In this document: positions 8,654 to 16,801 of the stretch, in pieces
Numbering within the stretch: position 1 is the first letter of the stretch
How the letters are laid out: each line of letters starts with the position of its first letter
The notes under the pieces: generated by a model
What the model saw: only the letters and a program-made list of their open reading frames with translations
The model's database searches: none
Told to the model about the DNA's origin: nothing
Program-made: the position numbers and the translations under genes
Origin: a virus
Lineage: Duplodnaviria > Caudoviricetes
Strand: one strand, 5' to 3'
DNA: 52,174 nucleotides
Virus record (IMG/VR): IMGVR_UViG_3300025889_000166
Location: 1-52,174 of that record

Positions 8654-10874
8654 CATCAGCGTCCGCTTTGATCTCAGTCCGCGCCTAGCGGAGGTCGAGC
8701 CGGGGTCCAACGAGATCACGGTACAGGACAGTCACGACACGCTGACCGGGATTCAGGACAGTGTGGAGGGTAGCGAGTTTCCTGACCTCGTGGACACTGC
8801 CGGCGGCGAGACGCTAGGCGGTGGCGTCTTCGTCGGCCTGACTACCACGCTCGAAGATGTCCAGTACGCACCCGCCGCGACCTCACCACGCACGACGGGA
8901 ACCGTCACGACTAGTGATCCTGCTGGTATCACGCTGATCGACTCGGGCGCGACTTTTATTACCAGCGGAGTCGTGCGTGGCGATTGGGTCATCAACTTCA
9001 CAGACCAGAGCGTCAGCGAGATCCTCAGCGTTGACAGCGAGACGCAACTGACGACTCGCGGACTGCGTGACGGCACCGGAAACACGTTCGATGTCAGTGA
9101 CGCCTACAAGCTGTGGGAAGTCGATCAGTTCAAGCTCGACGGCGGGAACTTCGTCGCAGTGGACTCTCTCGGCTCTAACATCGAACCTCTGTTCAGTAGT
9201 TTCGGGAGGTTCTTAATTAAGACCAGCGCATCGTCTGCGACCTCGCTAGACAGTGAGGCAATCCAATTTTCATCCTATGCGGAGTCTAGCGTATGGATGA
9301 ACGTGGCTACGGGGTCGGCTGGCACGGTTTACCCAATCGGCACATCGCGGTCCCCAGTAAACAACACCACCGATGCCCAAGCCATCGCAGATGAAAAAGG
9401 GCTAGAGACAATCCGCATCACCGACAACACGACCGTTGATGTCGGACCGGATCACACCAATATGCTTTGGATCGGTCGGTCGCCCAGAACGACGCACCTC
9501 ATAATCCCCGACTCGGGGCTCGCGACAGTAGCCGGTGGCGAGTATCGGAATATGTTGCTCACGGGTCCGCTATCCGGTGGCACTTACATCACGTCAGTCG
9601 CCATGAAGGGCGTGGACAACTTCGCAGGACACGCAGAGCAGTGTGTTCTTCGTGCTGACCTGTACCCCGGTCTGAGCTACTCTGTGCGAGGCAACGGTGC
9701 GGGCATCATGATGTTCAACAAATGCTCAGCGGTCGATGCTTTCAACGTCGGCGCACCCGCAATCATCGACTGCAATGGTGACTCAATGGTGGCGGCTCGT
9801 CAGTTCACGGGCGAGATGAAGATCGTGAACAAGACCGGCACTAAGAACATGAGCATCGACATGGTGGCCGGTACGCTTGAGCTAGATTCGACTGTCACGG
9901 GTGCTTGTACCATCTACATCCGTGGCGTCGGGAAGCTGATCGACAACTCTGGCCCGAATGTTACGATTGTCAACGATCTAGTCGATGGTGCTTTTCAGCA
10001 GGATATGAGCTTCGACGGCGCGGTCCATATCGACGCGGTGAACGGTACCGCTGGTACGCGCTACCCGCAGGGCACGATGCTGTACCCAGTCAACAATTTC
10101 GATGACGCGGTGACCGTCGCGAACCTGCACAACATCACGACGTTTCATCTGGTCAGCGACTTCACGATACCGGCAAGCGCGAACCTGACCGGCTTCCATA
10201 TCGTCGGTGAGGGGCGGCGGCTGACCACGGTGTCGATTGACCAAGACGCCACACTAGAGGAGTGCATCATCCGCGACTGCTACGTGACGGGTGTGCTGGA
10301 CAATGAGTCTACACTCGTTCACTGCACGGCAGAGGATGTCGAGCTACGCAACGGCAACCTTGAAGACTGTACACTGCTTGGCACAATCACGCTGGCCGGA
10401 AACGTGACCGCAGTCGCCAAGGTCATCGACTGCTGGTCCGGTGTACCGGGTACGGCGACACCCGTCATCGACATGGGCGGCGCGGCGGGAGGGCTCTCTG
10501 TGCGCGGCTATCATGGCGGTCTGACGCTACGGAACAAAACCGGCGCGTCATCAGTGTCGGTAGACATGGCAAGCGGCCAGCTAATCCTCGACGCGACCGT
10601 GACCAACGGTACCATCGTGGCGCGTGGTATTGGTAAGCTGCTCGACAGCTCTGTCGGTGCGACTGTCGTCGATGAGATGGTCGATGCTCGCCGCCTGACA
10701 CTGATCGAAAAGATCCAACGCAACCGGCTGGAGACAGACCCGACCGGAGGCACGCTGACCATCTACGATGACGACGGCGTGACGCCTCTCGTCACGGCTC
10801 CGATCTACGAGGACATCGCCGGGACGCAGACCTATCGTGGTCAGGGAGTAGACCGCAGGGATCGACTGACATGA
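8637..10874 (+). CDS. Large putative virion protein with two tandem beta-helix-like domains
   Basis: 745 aa; internal duplication (GSAGTVYPIGTSRSPVNN...IYIRGVGKLIDNS vs GTAGTRYPQGTMLYPVNN...IVARGIGKLLDSS). Confidence 0.7.
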   Translation: MAVRNDISVRFDLSPRLAEVEPGSNEITVQDSHDTLTGIQDSVEGSEFPDLVDTAGGETLGGGVFVGLTTTLEDVQYAPAATSPRTTGTVTTSDPAGITLIDSGATFITSGVVRGDWVINFTDQSVSEILSVDSETQLTTRGLRDGTGNTFDVSDAYKLWEVDQFKLDGGNFVAVDSLGSNIEPLFSSFGRFLIKTSASSATSLDSEAIQFSSYAESSVWMNVATGSAGTVYPIGTSRSPVNNTTDAQAIADEKGLETIRITDNTTVDVGPDHTNMLWIGRSPRTTHLIIPDSGLATVAGGEYRNMLLTGPLSGGTYITSVAMKGVDNFAGHAEQCVLRADLYPGLSYSVRGNGAGIMMFNKCSAVDAFNVGAPAIIDCNGDSMVAARQFTGEMKIVNKTGTKNMSIDMVAGTLELDSTVTGACTIYIRGVGKLIDNSGPNVTIVNDLVDGAFQQDMSFDGAVHIDAVNGTAGTRYPQGTMLYPVNNFDDAVTVANLHNITTFHLVSDFTIPASANLTGFHIVGEGRRLTTVSIDQDATLEECIIRDCYVTGVLDNESTLVHCTAEDVELRNGNLEDCTLLGTITLAGNVTAVAKVIDCWSGVPGTATPVIDMGGAAGGLSVRGYHGGLTLRNKTGASSVSVDMASGQLILDATVTNGTIVARGIGKLLDSSVGATVVDEMVDARRLTLIEKIQRNRLETDPTGGTLTIYDDDGVTPLVTAPIYEDIAGTQTYRGQGVDRRDRLT

Positions 10875-11020
10875 TCCCGACCTACGGATACGCTCGGGGC
10901 GGGCAGGGCAGCATCGCGACCTACGGGTACGGCAAGAGCTTGATCGTCGAGATCATCGGTGCCGTTAGAGCGTTCGTCAGGTCATGCGTACCGTTGCGCG
11001 CCTTCCGGGAGTCATGCTGA
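10871..11020 (+). CDS. Small hypothetical protein (49 aa)
   Basis: ATGA overlap; MIPTYGYARGGQGSIATYGYGKS... fills the operon gap. Confidence 0.55.
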   Translation: MIPTYGYARGGQGSIATYGYGKSLIVEIIGAVRAFVRSCVPLRAFRESC

Positions 11021-11172
11021 TGGCCTTGCGTGGATACGCGACCTCACGAGTATCGGTGCGCGAGTTCTACCAGTCACGGGTGCTCGTCCGTATTTTCAGA
11101 TCATCGACGTGGGCGCGAGGCTTTCGAGATAGCCTCGTCGGCCTGCGTCTTTTCAAGGAGTCAAGGCTGTGA
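11020..11172 (+). CDS. Small Arg-rich protein with ~10-aa repeats (50 aa)
   Basis: TGATG overlap; SRVSVREFYQ-SRVLVRIFRS-STWARGFRD-SLVGLRLFKE. Confidence 0.5.
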   Translation: MALRGYATSRVSVREFYQSRVLVRIFRSSTWARGFRDSLVGLRLFKESRL

Positions 11173-11537
11173 GCTGCACGGACTGTCGATTCAAGGTCGG
11201 CCAGATCGGCGCGATCCTCGTCATCGACTTGGTACAGGTAGACGAGAATGGCACGGAGTCACCGTTCGATGTGTCGTCAGCTTCGACGCTTCAAGTCGTG
11301 GTGGGCAAGCCTGACGGCGCAGCGTCTAGCCCGCAGACATTCACGGCGGCGTTTGCTGAAGCTGCTGACGGCGGGAACGGCACGGGCACGGATGGCAAGA
11401 TCAAGTTTACGACGACGCTCGCGACGGACTTCGACGTTGCCGGAGACTACATCGCGGAGCCCTACATCGTTGATCCGGTGACCGGCTTCAACGGTCGCAC
11501 TCAGCGGATCAGCTTCGCGGTCGAGGCGACGATCTAG
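11169..11537 (+). CDS. BppU-N/Ig-like virion accessory protein
   Basis: VVGKPDG...GTDGKIKFTT...DFDVAGDYIAE pattern of baseplate-upper N-terminal-like domains; AAGGAG RBS. Confidence 0.55.
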   Translation: MSCTDCRFKVGQIGAILVIDLVQVDENGTESPFDVSSASTLQVVVGKPDGAASSPQTFTAAFAEAADGGNGTGTDGKIKFTTTLATDFDVAGDYIAEPYIVDPVTGFNGRTQRISFAVEATI

Positions 11538-12200
11538 GTGGACCGCATCGCGGCGGTCGTCCTCTTGGTCATCCTGATGGTGACGCAGTGGCAACTCGTC
11601 GCGACTCGCGAACGCCTTGCTCGGGCCGACACGATAGCTGACAGCATAGCCGCAGACGCGGCCATTGACGCGATCCGGCGAGATAGCGCATGGAGCGCGG
11701 CGGTCGCATCGACTCGGCGCGATCTGGCGCAAGCGATCAGCGAGAGGGACAGCACGAGCGCGGCTCTCGTCGCTCGTCTGGATGACGCGAATATCCGTAT
11801 AGCGATGCTGACTGATCTGTCAGCGACAGCAAAGGGCGAGGTCGAGTCACTAGCGCACCGAGCGACGGTGCTCACGGACTCTCTCGCGGCTCTCGCGGAT
11901 ACGGTCGAGCGTTGGGAAGGCGAGATCGACGACGGGGTTCTCACGGCGAGGTGGCGGTTCGACCTACCACCCGCTCGTCATACGCTGACCTACGGAGTCA
12001 CGATACCCGGCGAGCTTGTCGTGTCTGAGACGGGCGACGGCAGGACGGTCGTGCTCGCGAGATCGACGCACCCGAGAGCATCGCTCGACATCGGAGAGGT
12101 CGTCGTATCCGAGCCAACCAAAGACGAGCAGCCTGTCGCGTGGCGTCGGTATCTGTGGGCCGCGCTGGCTGGCGCTATCGCTTGGGAGATGGCTCGCTGA
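11538..12200 (+). CDS. Putative spanin-like lysis protein
   Basis: N-terminal TM helix, long coiled coil, beta region, C-terminal hydrophobic helix; last gene before poly-T and early promoter. Confidence 0.5.
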   Translation: MDRIAAVVLLVILMVTQWQLVATRERLARADTIADSIAADAAIDAIRRDSAWSAAVASTRRDLAQAISERDSTSAALVARLDDANIRIAMLTDLSATAKGEVESLAHRATVLTDSLAALADTVERWEGEIDDGVLTARWRFDLPPARHTLTYGVTIPGELVVSETGDGRTVVLARSTHPRASLDIGEVVVSEPTKDEQPVAWRRYLWAALAGAIAWEMAR

Positions 12201-12217
12201 TTTTTTTTGTATTGAGG

Positions 12218-12278
12218 TGTTGACACCCGCAACAGTCTGTATAGATTGATAGCATCAACCACCACTTAGGAGATTAAA
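12218..12278 (+). promoter_or_regulatory. Repeated early promoter module P1
   Basis: TTGACA 12220-25, 16-bp spacer, TAGATT 12242-47; inverted repeats TGTTG-N7-CAACA and TTGAT-AGC-ATCAA; leader CCACCACTTAGGAGATT; T8 tract upstream. Confidence 0.85.
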
Positions 12279-12647
12279 ATGAACGTCATCACTCTCACAC
12301 CCGGCTCGGCCCGCCTCCTCCAAGACCTGCGCCAAATGGATCAGTTCGACGGCGAGATCATTCTCCGCGAAAAGAACCTGACGGCCTCGCAGCGTGGCAA
12401 CCTGTCCGACCTCAAGAAGAAAGGTCTGGTCGATCTCGTGTGCGAGGACCAAGATGCAAAAGGGAATCTTAATTGGTACGTCGTGGACATGACGACCGAG
12501 GTCGTCTCGCCTGAGCCGGATTACAGCGACATCGACGAAGCAGATTTGGCTGCACTGCGCGTGTCCGTTGATCGGATGACCGACAGCGCGTCCGCTGCCG
12601 CTCGTATGCTCGACGCATTGGTGACTACGCTTCGCGAGAACCGCTGA
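12279..12647 (+). CDS. Hypothetical early protein (possible winged helix)
   Basis: First gene after P1 with TAGGAG RBS; 'RGNLSDLKKKGLV' wHTH-like segment. Confidence 0.7.
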   Translation: MNVITLTPGSARLLQDLRQMDQFDGEIILREKNLTASQRGNLSDLKKKGLVDLVCEDQDAKGNLNWYVVDMTTEVVSPEPDYSDIDEADLAALRVSVDRMTDSASAAARMLDALVTTLRENR

Positions 12648-12656
12648 CGATTTACC

Positions 12657-12684
12657 GGGGTCGGGCCTACACGGGCTCGGCCCC
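12657..12684 (+). other. GC-rich intergenic hairpin before a second copy of the conserved leader
   Basis: GGGGTCGGGCC-loop-GGCTCGGCCCC then CCACCACTTAGGAGATT at ~12689; no U-tract. Confidence 0.5.
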
Positions 12685-12714
12685 ACAGCCACCACTTAGG
12701 AGATTAAAGAGAAA

Positions 12715-12906
12715 ATGAACTACATCCACGCCCTTCAAGTCAAAGTCGAGAAACTGGAAGCCGAGAAGCGCGAAGCGAAGGAGGCCGCGCACGAGATCCT
12801 GATCTACCTCGCCTCCTCAAAGTTCTCCGCTCCGGAAGATCGCTGGGTGAACGTGGACGACATCCGTGCGCGCCTTGAGCCGGTCATCTCCCCTCTGAGG
12901 GGTTGA
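12715..12906 (+). CDS. Hypothetical early protein
   Basis: 63 aa after the conserved leader; 'YLASSKF...WVNVDDI' motif typical of small phage proteins. Confidence 0.65.
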   Translation: MNYIHALQVKVEKLEAEKREAKEAAHEILIYLASSKFSAPEDRWVNVDDIRARLEPVISPLRG

Positions 12907-12929
12907 AGGAGAGAGAAAGGAGCTGTGAG

Positions 12930-13031
12930 ATGAGCCAGCCAGATTTGAACGAGCGCGTCATCATCGGCCTGCTGCGAGCCCTCGCCATCTTCGGCCCGCT
13001 GCTCGTCATCGGGCAGCTTGTACGGCTATGA
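12930..13031 (+). CDS. Small membrane peptide (33 aa)
   Basis: AAGGAG RBS; MSQPDLNERVIIGLLRALAIFGPLLVIGQLVRL; stop overlaps next ATG. Confidence 0.5.
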   Translation: MSQPDLNERVIIGLLRALAIFGPLLVIGQLVRL

Positions 13032-13213
13032 GAGAGACGACGTGGACCGCATTCCTCGCTTACGAGAGAGCGGTGTTGCGATGGGAGGCAGCAACCGGGG
13101 CCGAGCGCGGCAAGCTGATGGACGAGAGAGCCGAGGCTCGCCAGCGACTGAGAGACAGTATCCTTGCCGCCGAGACGCGGCACAACGACGGAGGACATGA
13201 TGGGAAGGTTTGA
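13028..13213 (+). CDS. Hypothetical protein
   Basis: 61 aa helical ORF, ATGA overlap. Confidence 0.5.
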   Translation: MRETTWTAFLAYERAVLRWEAATGAERGKLMDERAEARQRLRDSILAAETRHNDGGHDGKV

Positions 13214-13691
13214 CCTGAAAGACTACGTGGAGGTCAAAGATCGGATTCCGCTTTTTCTGGAGTCGCACCCAGACGGCAGGATCGTAACCGAGATCGTACA
13301 CCTCGACTTCGCGGCCACGCCACCGACGTGCGTGATCCGCGCAGAGCTTTACCGCGACCACGAGGCGACCGAGCCGATGGCGACGGGTCTGGCCTACGAG
13401 CGCGAGACGGGCATGATAAACAAGACGAGCTTCGTGGAGAACTGCGAGACGAGCGCGGTCGGTCGTGCGCTCGCGAACGCGAACTTCGCGGGCACGGGTC
13501 CGCGTCCATCTCGTGAGGAGATGGAGAAGGTCGAGCGCGCTGAGGCCGAGCTTGATATGATGGTCGATCGCGTGAGGAGCCTGTACGCAGACGAGACAGG
13601 CAAAGCGCGACAAGCTGCTGACGCAGCGATTCGCGAGAGGAACTTTTCACGGCTGCAAGCAGCCATCACACACAAGGAGGCGGGAGCATGA
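13197..13691 (+). CDS. Putative single-strand annealing (recombination) protein
   Basis: DYVEVKDRI..F...HPDGRI.TE and INKTSFVENCETSAVGRAL motifs; GGAGGA RBS; directly upstream of SSB. Confidence 0.6.
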   Translation: MMGRFDLKDYVEVKDRIPLFLESHPDGRIVTEIVHLDFAATPPTCVIRAELYRDHEATEPMATGLAYERETGMINKTSFVENCETSAVGRALANANFAGTGPRPSREEMEKVERAEAELDMMVDRVRSLYADETGKARQAADAAIRERNFSRLQAAITHKEAGA

Positions 13692-14017
13692 AGATCGACG
13701 GCAAGGTCGTACACATCCTCGACGAGCAGAACGGAGAAGGGCGACGAGGACCGTGGCGCAAACAGGACTTCGTGGTCGAGATCCCCGGCGAGTACCCGAA
13801 GCCGGTATGCTGCACGATGTGGGGCGACAACATCGACGGCTTCGCGCTTCAGGTTGGCGACGACGTTTCGGTGAGCATCGACATCAAGAGCCGCGAGTAC
13901 AACGGACGCTGGTACACAGACGTGACAGCGTGGAAGCTCGACAAGCGGGCAGCGGTCACGGCACCATCGTCACCACCAGCGCGGATGTCCGACCCTGACG
14001 ACGACCTGCCGTTCTGA
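13688..14017 (+). CDS. Single-stranded DNA-binding protein, DUF3127-like OB fold
   Basis: WRKQDFVVE..GEYPK, IDIKSREYNGRWYTDVTAWKL, acidic DDDLPF tail. Confidence 0.85.
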   Translation: MKIDGKVVHILDEQNGEGRRGPWRKQDFVVEIPGEYPKPVCCTMWGDNIDGFALQVGDDVSVSIDIKSREYNGRWYTDVTAWKLDKRAAVTAPSSPPARMSDPDDDLPF

Positions 14018-14283
14018 TGGCGACGACACCGACGCCCGGTAGCCAGTGCCACACCGTGCTGACCTACCTCAAACGGCACGGCAGCATCACGGCGATGCAG
14101 GCCATGACGGACTTCCGATGCTATCGGCTGGCTGCGCGGATCAAGGACTTGCGTGACATGGGCTACGACATCGAAACGCACACGGAGGATCACGGCAACG
14201 GCACGCACGCGAGGTACGAGCTACGCATCACCGACGCAGACTTGGAGGCGGCAGGGCAAATGTCGATGTTCGCCAGTGGGTGA
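14017..14283 (+). CDS. Winged helix-turn-helix DNA-binding protein
   Basis: VLTYLKRHGSITAMQA...YRLAARIKDLRDMGYDIET. Confidence 0.8.
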   Translation: MATTPTPGSQCHTVLTYLKRHGSITAMQAMTDFRCYRLAARIKDLRDMGYDIETHTEDHGNGTHARYELRITDADLEAAGQMSMFASG

Positions 14284-14545
14284 GGTATTCGGTGAGCACG
14301 CCGAGTACATCCGCACGTTGCCGTGTGCGGCGTGTCACAAGCCGGGACCGTCCGACCCCCATCACGTCAGGAGTCGAGGGGCTGGCGGCAAGGACGAGGC
14401 AAACTTGATCCCCCTCTGTCGCGTCCATCACACGGAGATCCACCAGATCGGCAAAGCGACTTTCGCGAAGAAGTGGTGCATCGATCTCGCGGAGCAGGCA
14501 AGCCGCTACGAGGAGATGCGACAGCGCGGGGATTTACCGTTTTGA
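14276..14545 (+). CDS. DUF968-like HNH nuclease
   Basis: YIRTLPCAAC...DPHH..SRGAGG...IPLCRVHHTEIH; start uncertain. Confidence 0.75.
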   Translation: MGEVFGEHAEYIRTLPCAACHKPGPSDPHHVRSRGAGGKDEANLIPLCRVHHTEIHQIGKATFAKKWCIDLAEQASRYEEMRQRGDLPF

Positions 14546-14883
14546 GCAAGCTCAGCCGCACGAAAGGACACGGATTCGAGCGCCGGGTCGCCCGCGACAT
14601 GAGCGAGGCGAGTGGTCGGACATACCGGCGCGTGTTAGTCGAGACGCAGCAGGGTAATAGCGGCGATGTAAGGGCTGACGACGAGCGCGCCGACCCGATA
14701 GCCGTGGCAGCGATCCGCAGGACGCACAGGGGCGGCGAGCAGTTCGCAGCGGTGCCGTGGGATGACTGGCTGGAGATCGTCAGCGCGTTAGACGCCTACG
14801 ACTTCGTGGTGCAGTGCAAATGCGGCAAACGACCGGACATCTATGCAGCTATAAGAGAAGCCGAGGAGGCTAGAGATGATTAG
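14542..14883 (+). CDS. Hjc-like Holliday-junction resolvase (PD-(D/E)xK), apparently with permuted segments
   Basis: SRTKGHGFERRVA, GD, VVQCK motifs; TTG start overlaps previous stop. Confidence 0.65.
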   Translation: MSKLSRTKGHGFERRVARDMSEASGRTYRRVLVETQQGNSGDVRADDERADPIAVAAIRRTHRGGEQFAAVPWDDWLEIVSALDAYDFVVQCKCGKRPDIYAAIREAEEARDD

Positions 14884-15148
14884 CAGGTTCAGCAGCTATA
14901 TAGGCTGCGATCACGGCTCGACCGGGTGGATCGTCGTCGAGCACGAGGAGGGCCAGTGCGAGAAGGTCGAGTGGACTCGCGAGGGTCCGATCTACACGCA
15001 GGGCGAGGCGTTTGCCGAGGGCGTCAGAATCATCCTCGCTGATCGCGTACACGACGCCATATATGGCGACAGGCAGGACGACGTGCTGAAGGAGGTGTGG
15101 GAGTACCTGCGTCGGCCTGCCATCATCGTGACGGGTACGGTACACTGA
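14876..15148 (+). CDS. Hypothetical protein
   Basis: 90 aa, GGAGG RBS, overlapping neighbours. Confidence 0.6.
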   Translation: MISRFSSYIGCDHGSTGWIVVEHEEGQCEKVEWTREGPIYTQGEAFAEGVRIILADRVHDAIYGDRQDDVLKEVWEYLRRPAIIVTGTVH

Positions 15149-15771
15149 TGGCTACCGACATCACGATCGAACAGCGCATCAAACTGGCTGCGTCTCGCTA
15201 CGGTAGCGAGGCTCCGAGCTTCGATGATGTGCTGGCGGCGATCACGCCTGACTACGGCAGCGACGAATCTCACACGATGCTCTGGCACGATTTAGCTAGG
15301 GAAGCGCAAAGCGTACCGCCAAGCATCAAGCTAGACTTCAAGGCTTGCGGTCACCTTCTCCATCACCGAGGGACGTGCAAGTGCAAGGGCACGACCTACG
15401 CGAACCGAGGCAGTGCGCCAGACAAGGGCACGATCGACGACATCGTTGAGCGGTACCGAGAGGGGCGCACGGTGCAACAGGTCGCGAAGGAGTTCGGGAT
15501 CTCTGCTGGTCGGATACGTCGGTATCTCAGCAAGCGCGGCGTCGAGTTGCGAGAGAGGACACCGAAGCACACGGGTCAGCCGTTCTGCATCCGCGCAGGG
15601 TGTGAGAGGACAGTCAAGGGAGACGACCTGTATTGCTCACTGCGATGCGCTAGTAAGTCGGGCGCAGGGTCAGGCCGGACTTGTGCAGCCGAGGGATGTA
15701 GCGAGCCGACCTTCCGCTCGACGTACAAATACTGCGGCACAGAGTGCCGAGAGCGATCTCGGAATGGTTGA
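15148..15771 (+). CDS. HTH + Cys-rich zinc-binding protein
   Basis: YREGRTVQQVAKEFGISAGRIRRYL HTH followed by two CxxxGC...YC(S/G)xxC modules. Confidence 0.7.
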   Translation: MATDITIEQRIKLAASRYGSEAPSFDDVLAAITPDYGSDESHTMLWHDLAREAQSVPPSIKLDFKACGHLLHHRGTCKCKGTTYANRGSAPDKGTIDDIVERYREGRTVQQVAKEFGISAGRIRRYLSKRGVELRERTPKHTGQPFCIRAGCERTVKGDDLYCSLRCASKSGAGSGRTCAAEGCSEPTFRSTYKYCGTECRERSRNG

Positions 15772-15834
15772 GGGTTCCAACAGCACGCGGATGGGTTTAG
15801 ATTCTCAACCCTCGACACCTATGACGGAGGGATC

Positions 15835-16035
15835 GTGGATGATTTGGACCGGGCGATCAGAGAGACGCGAGCGCGTCTGGAGGACGTTCTGATGCGCTGC
15901 GACGAGACAGACCTGTGGCAGGAGTTGGCCGCGATCGTGGACCGGCGAGAGGAGGACGGAGAGTTCGGCGGCGGCGAGTTCATCCTTGAGACGTGGAAGG
16001 CGCTCGTCATATCGCGAGGTCTTGCCGATGGGTAG
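15835..16035 (+). CDS. Hypothetical protein
   Basis: 66 aa, GGAGG RBS. Confidence 0.55.
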   Translation: MDDLDRAIRETRARLEDVLMRCDETDLWQELAAIVDRREEDGEFGGGEFILETWKALVISRGLADG

Positions 16036-16801
16036 ACTGCGCGTGCATGACTGGGAGAGCTGGCAGACATATCGCAAGGATCGCGACCCGCCGCCGTGGA
16101 TCAAGGTCCACCGGAGGATCGTTCACAACGTCAAATGGGCGAGCCTATCGGACGCCGAGCGGGGTCAGCTTCTAGCGATCTGGGTGCTTGCGGCAGACGA
16201 CGACGGGTACATTCCAGACTGCCCGGTGATCGTCCGCAAGCTCTGCATGATGGACAGTGAGCTAGATCTGTGGCGTCTAGTTGACCTCGGTTTCCTCGAC
16301 ACGGTGACGACAAGCCGACGTCAGCGTGACGCCAACGTGACGGCATCGGGCGGTCAGGGTGCCGTCACAAGTGCTCACGAATCACACGACGATGAGGGCG
16401 TAAGCGACGGCACGGGAACACGTTACGAGCCTGACGTCAACGTGACGTCATCGTGGCGTCAGCATGACGCCCTAGAAGCAGAGGCAGAGGCAGAGACAGA
16501 AGATATATCGGTGCCCTCGCAGTTGTTCTCGCTGATGAGATCGGGAGACACGATCTACACCGTCGAGAAAGCCTACGCACTGGTGAAAGCGGCAGGCTTG
16601 TCGGACGAGGAGGTGATCGCGGCGAGGCGTGCCGTATGCGAGCAGACCGAGCGGCGGTACTGGAAGGCTCTGCCGACGTGGCTGCGTGAGATCGCCAGCG
16701 GCGGGCTGGTCAGACCGGACACTAGCGCAGCCGATGCCCGCAAGCAGCGCCGGGAGTACGAGCGCGAGCTTGAGGCACGCATACAGGGCGACATCGCATG
16801 A
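16028..16801 (+). CDS. Phage replication initiator (replisome-organiser type)
   Basis: LRVHDWESWQTY..RDPPPWIKVHR N-terminus, internal iteron array, EAEAEAETE linker, followed by helicase. Confidence 0.75.
   Translation: MGRLRVHDWESWQTYRKDRDPPPWIKVHRRIVHNVKWASLSDAERGQLLAIWVLAADDDGYIPDCPVIVRKLCMMDSELDLWRLVDLGFLDTVTTSRRQRDANVTASGGQGAVTSAHESHDDEGVSDGTGTRYEPDVNVTSSWRQHDALEAEAEAETEDISVPSQLFSLMRSGDTIYTVEKAYALVKAAGLSDEEVIAARRAVCEQTERRYWKALPTWLREIASGGLVRPDTSAADARKQRREYERELEARIQGDIA
16304..16474 (+). repeat. 11-bp iteron arrays, putative replication origin
   Basis: Six tandem 11-mers at 16304-16369 and four at 16431-16474, consensus GTGACGTCA(A/G/T)C, followed by a purine-rich tract and ATATAT. Confidence 0.75.

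Noticed and set aside
12640-12714. Possible second hammerhead (CTGACGA plus hairpin) at the position analogous to the 33.6-kb ribozyme
   Set aside because: No correctly placed GAAA/stem III/NUH; kept only as a hairpin
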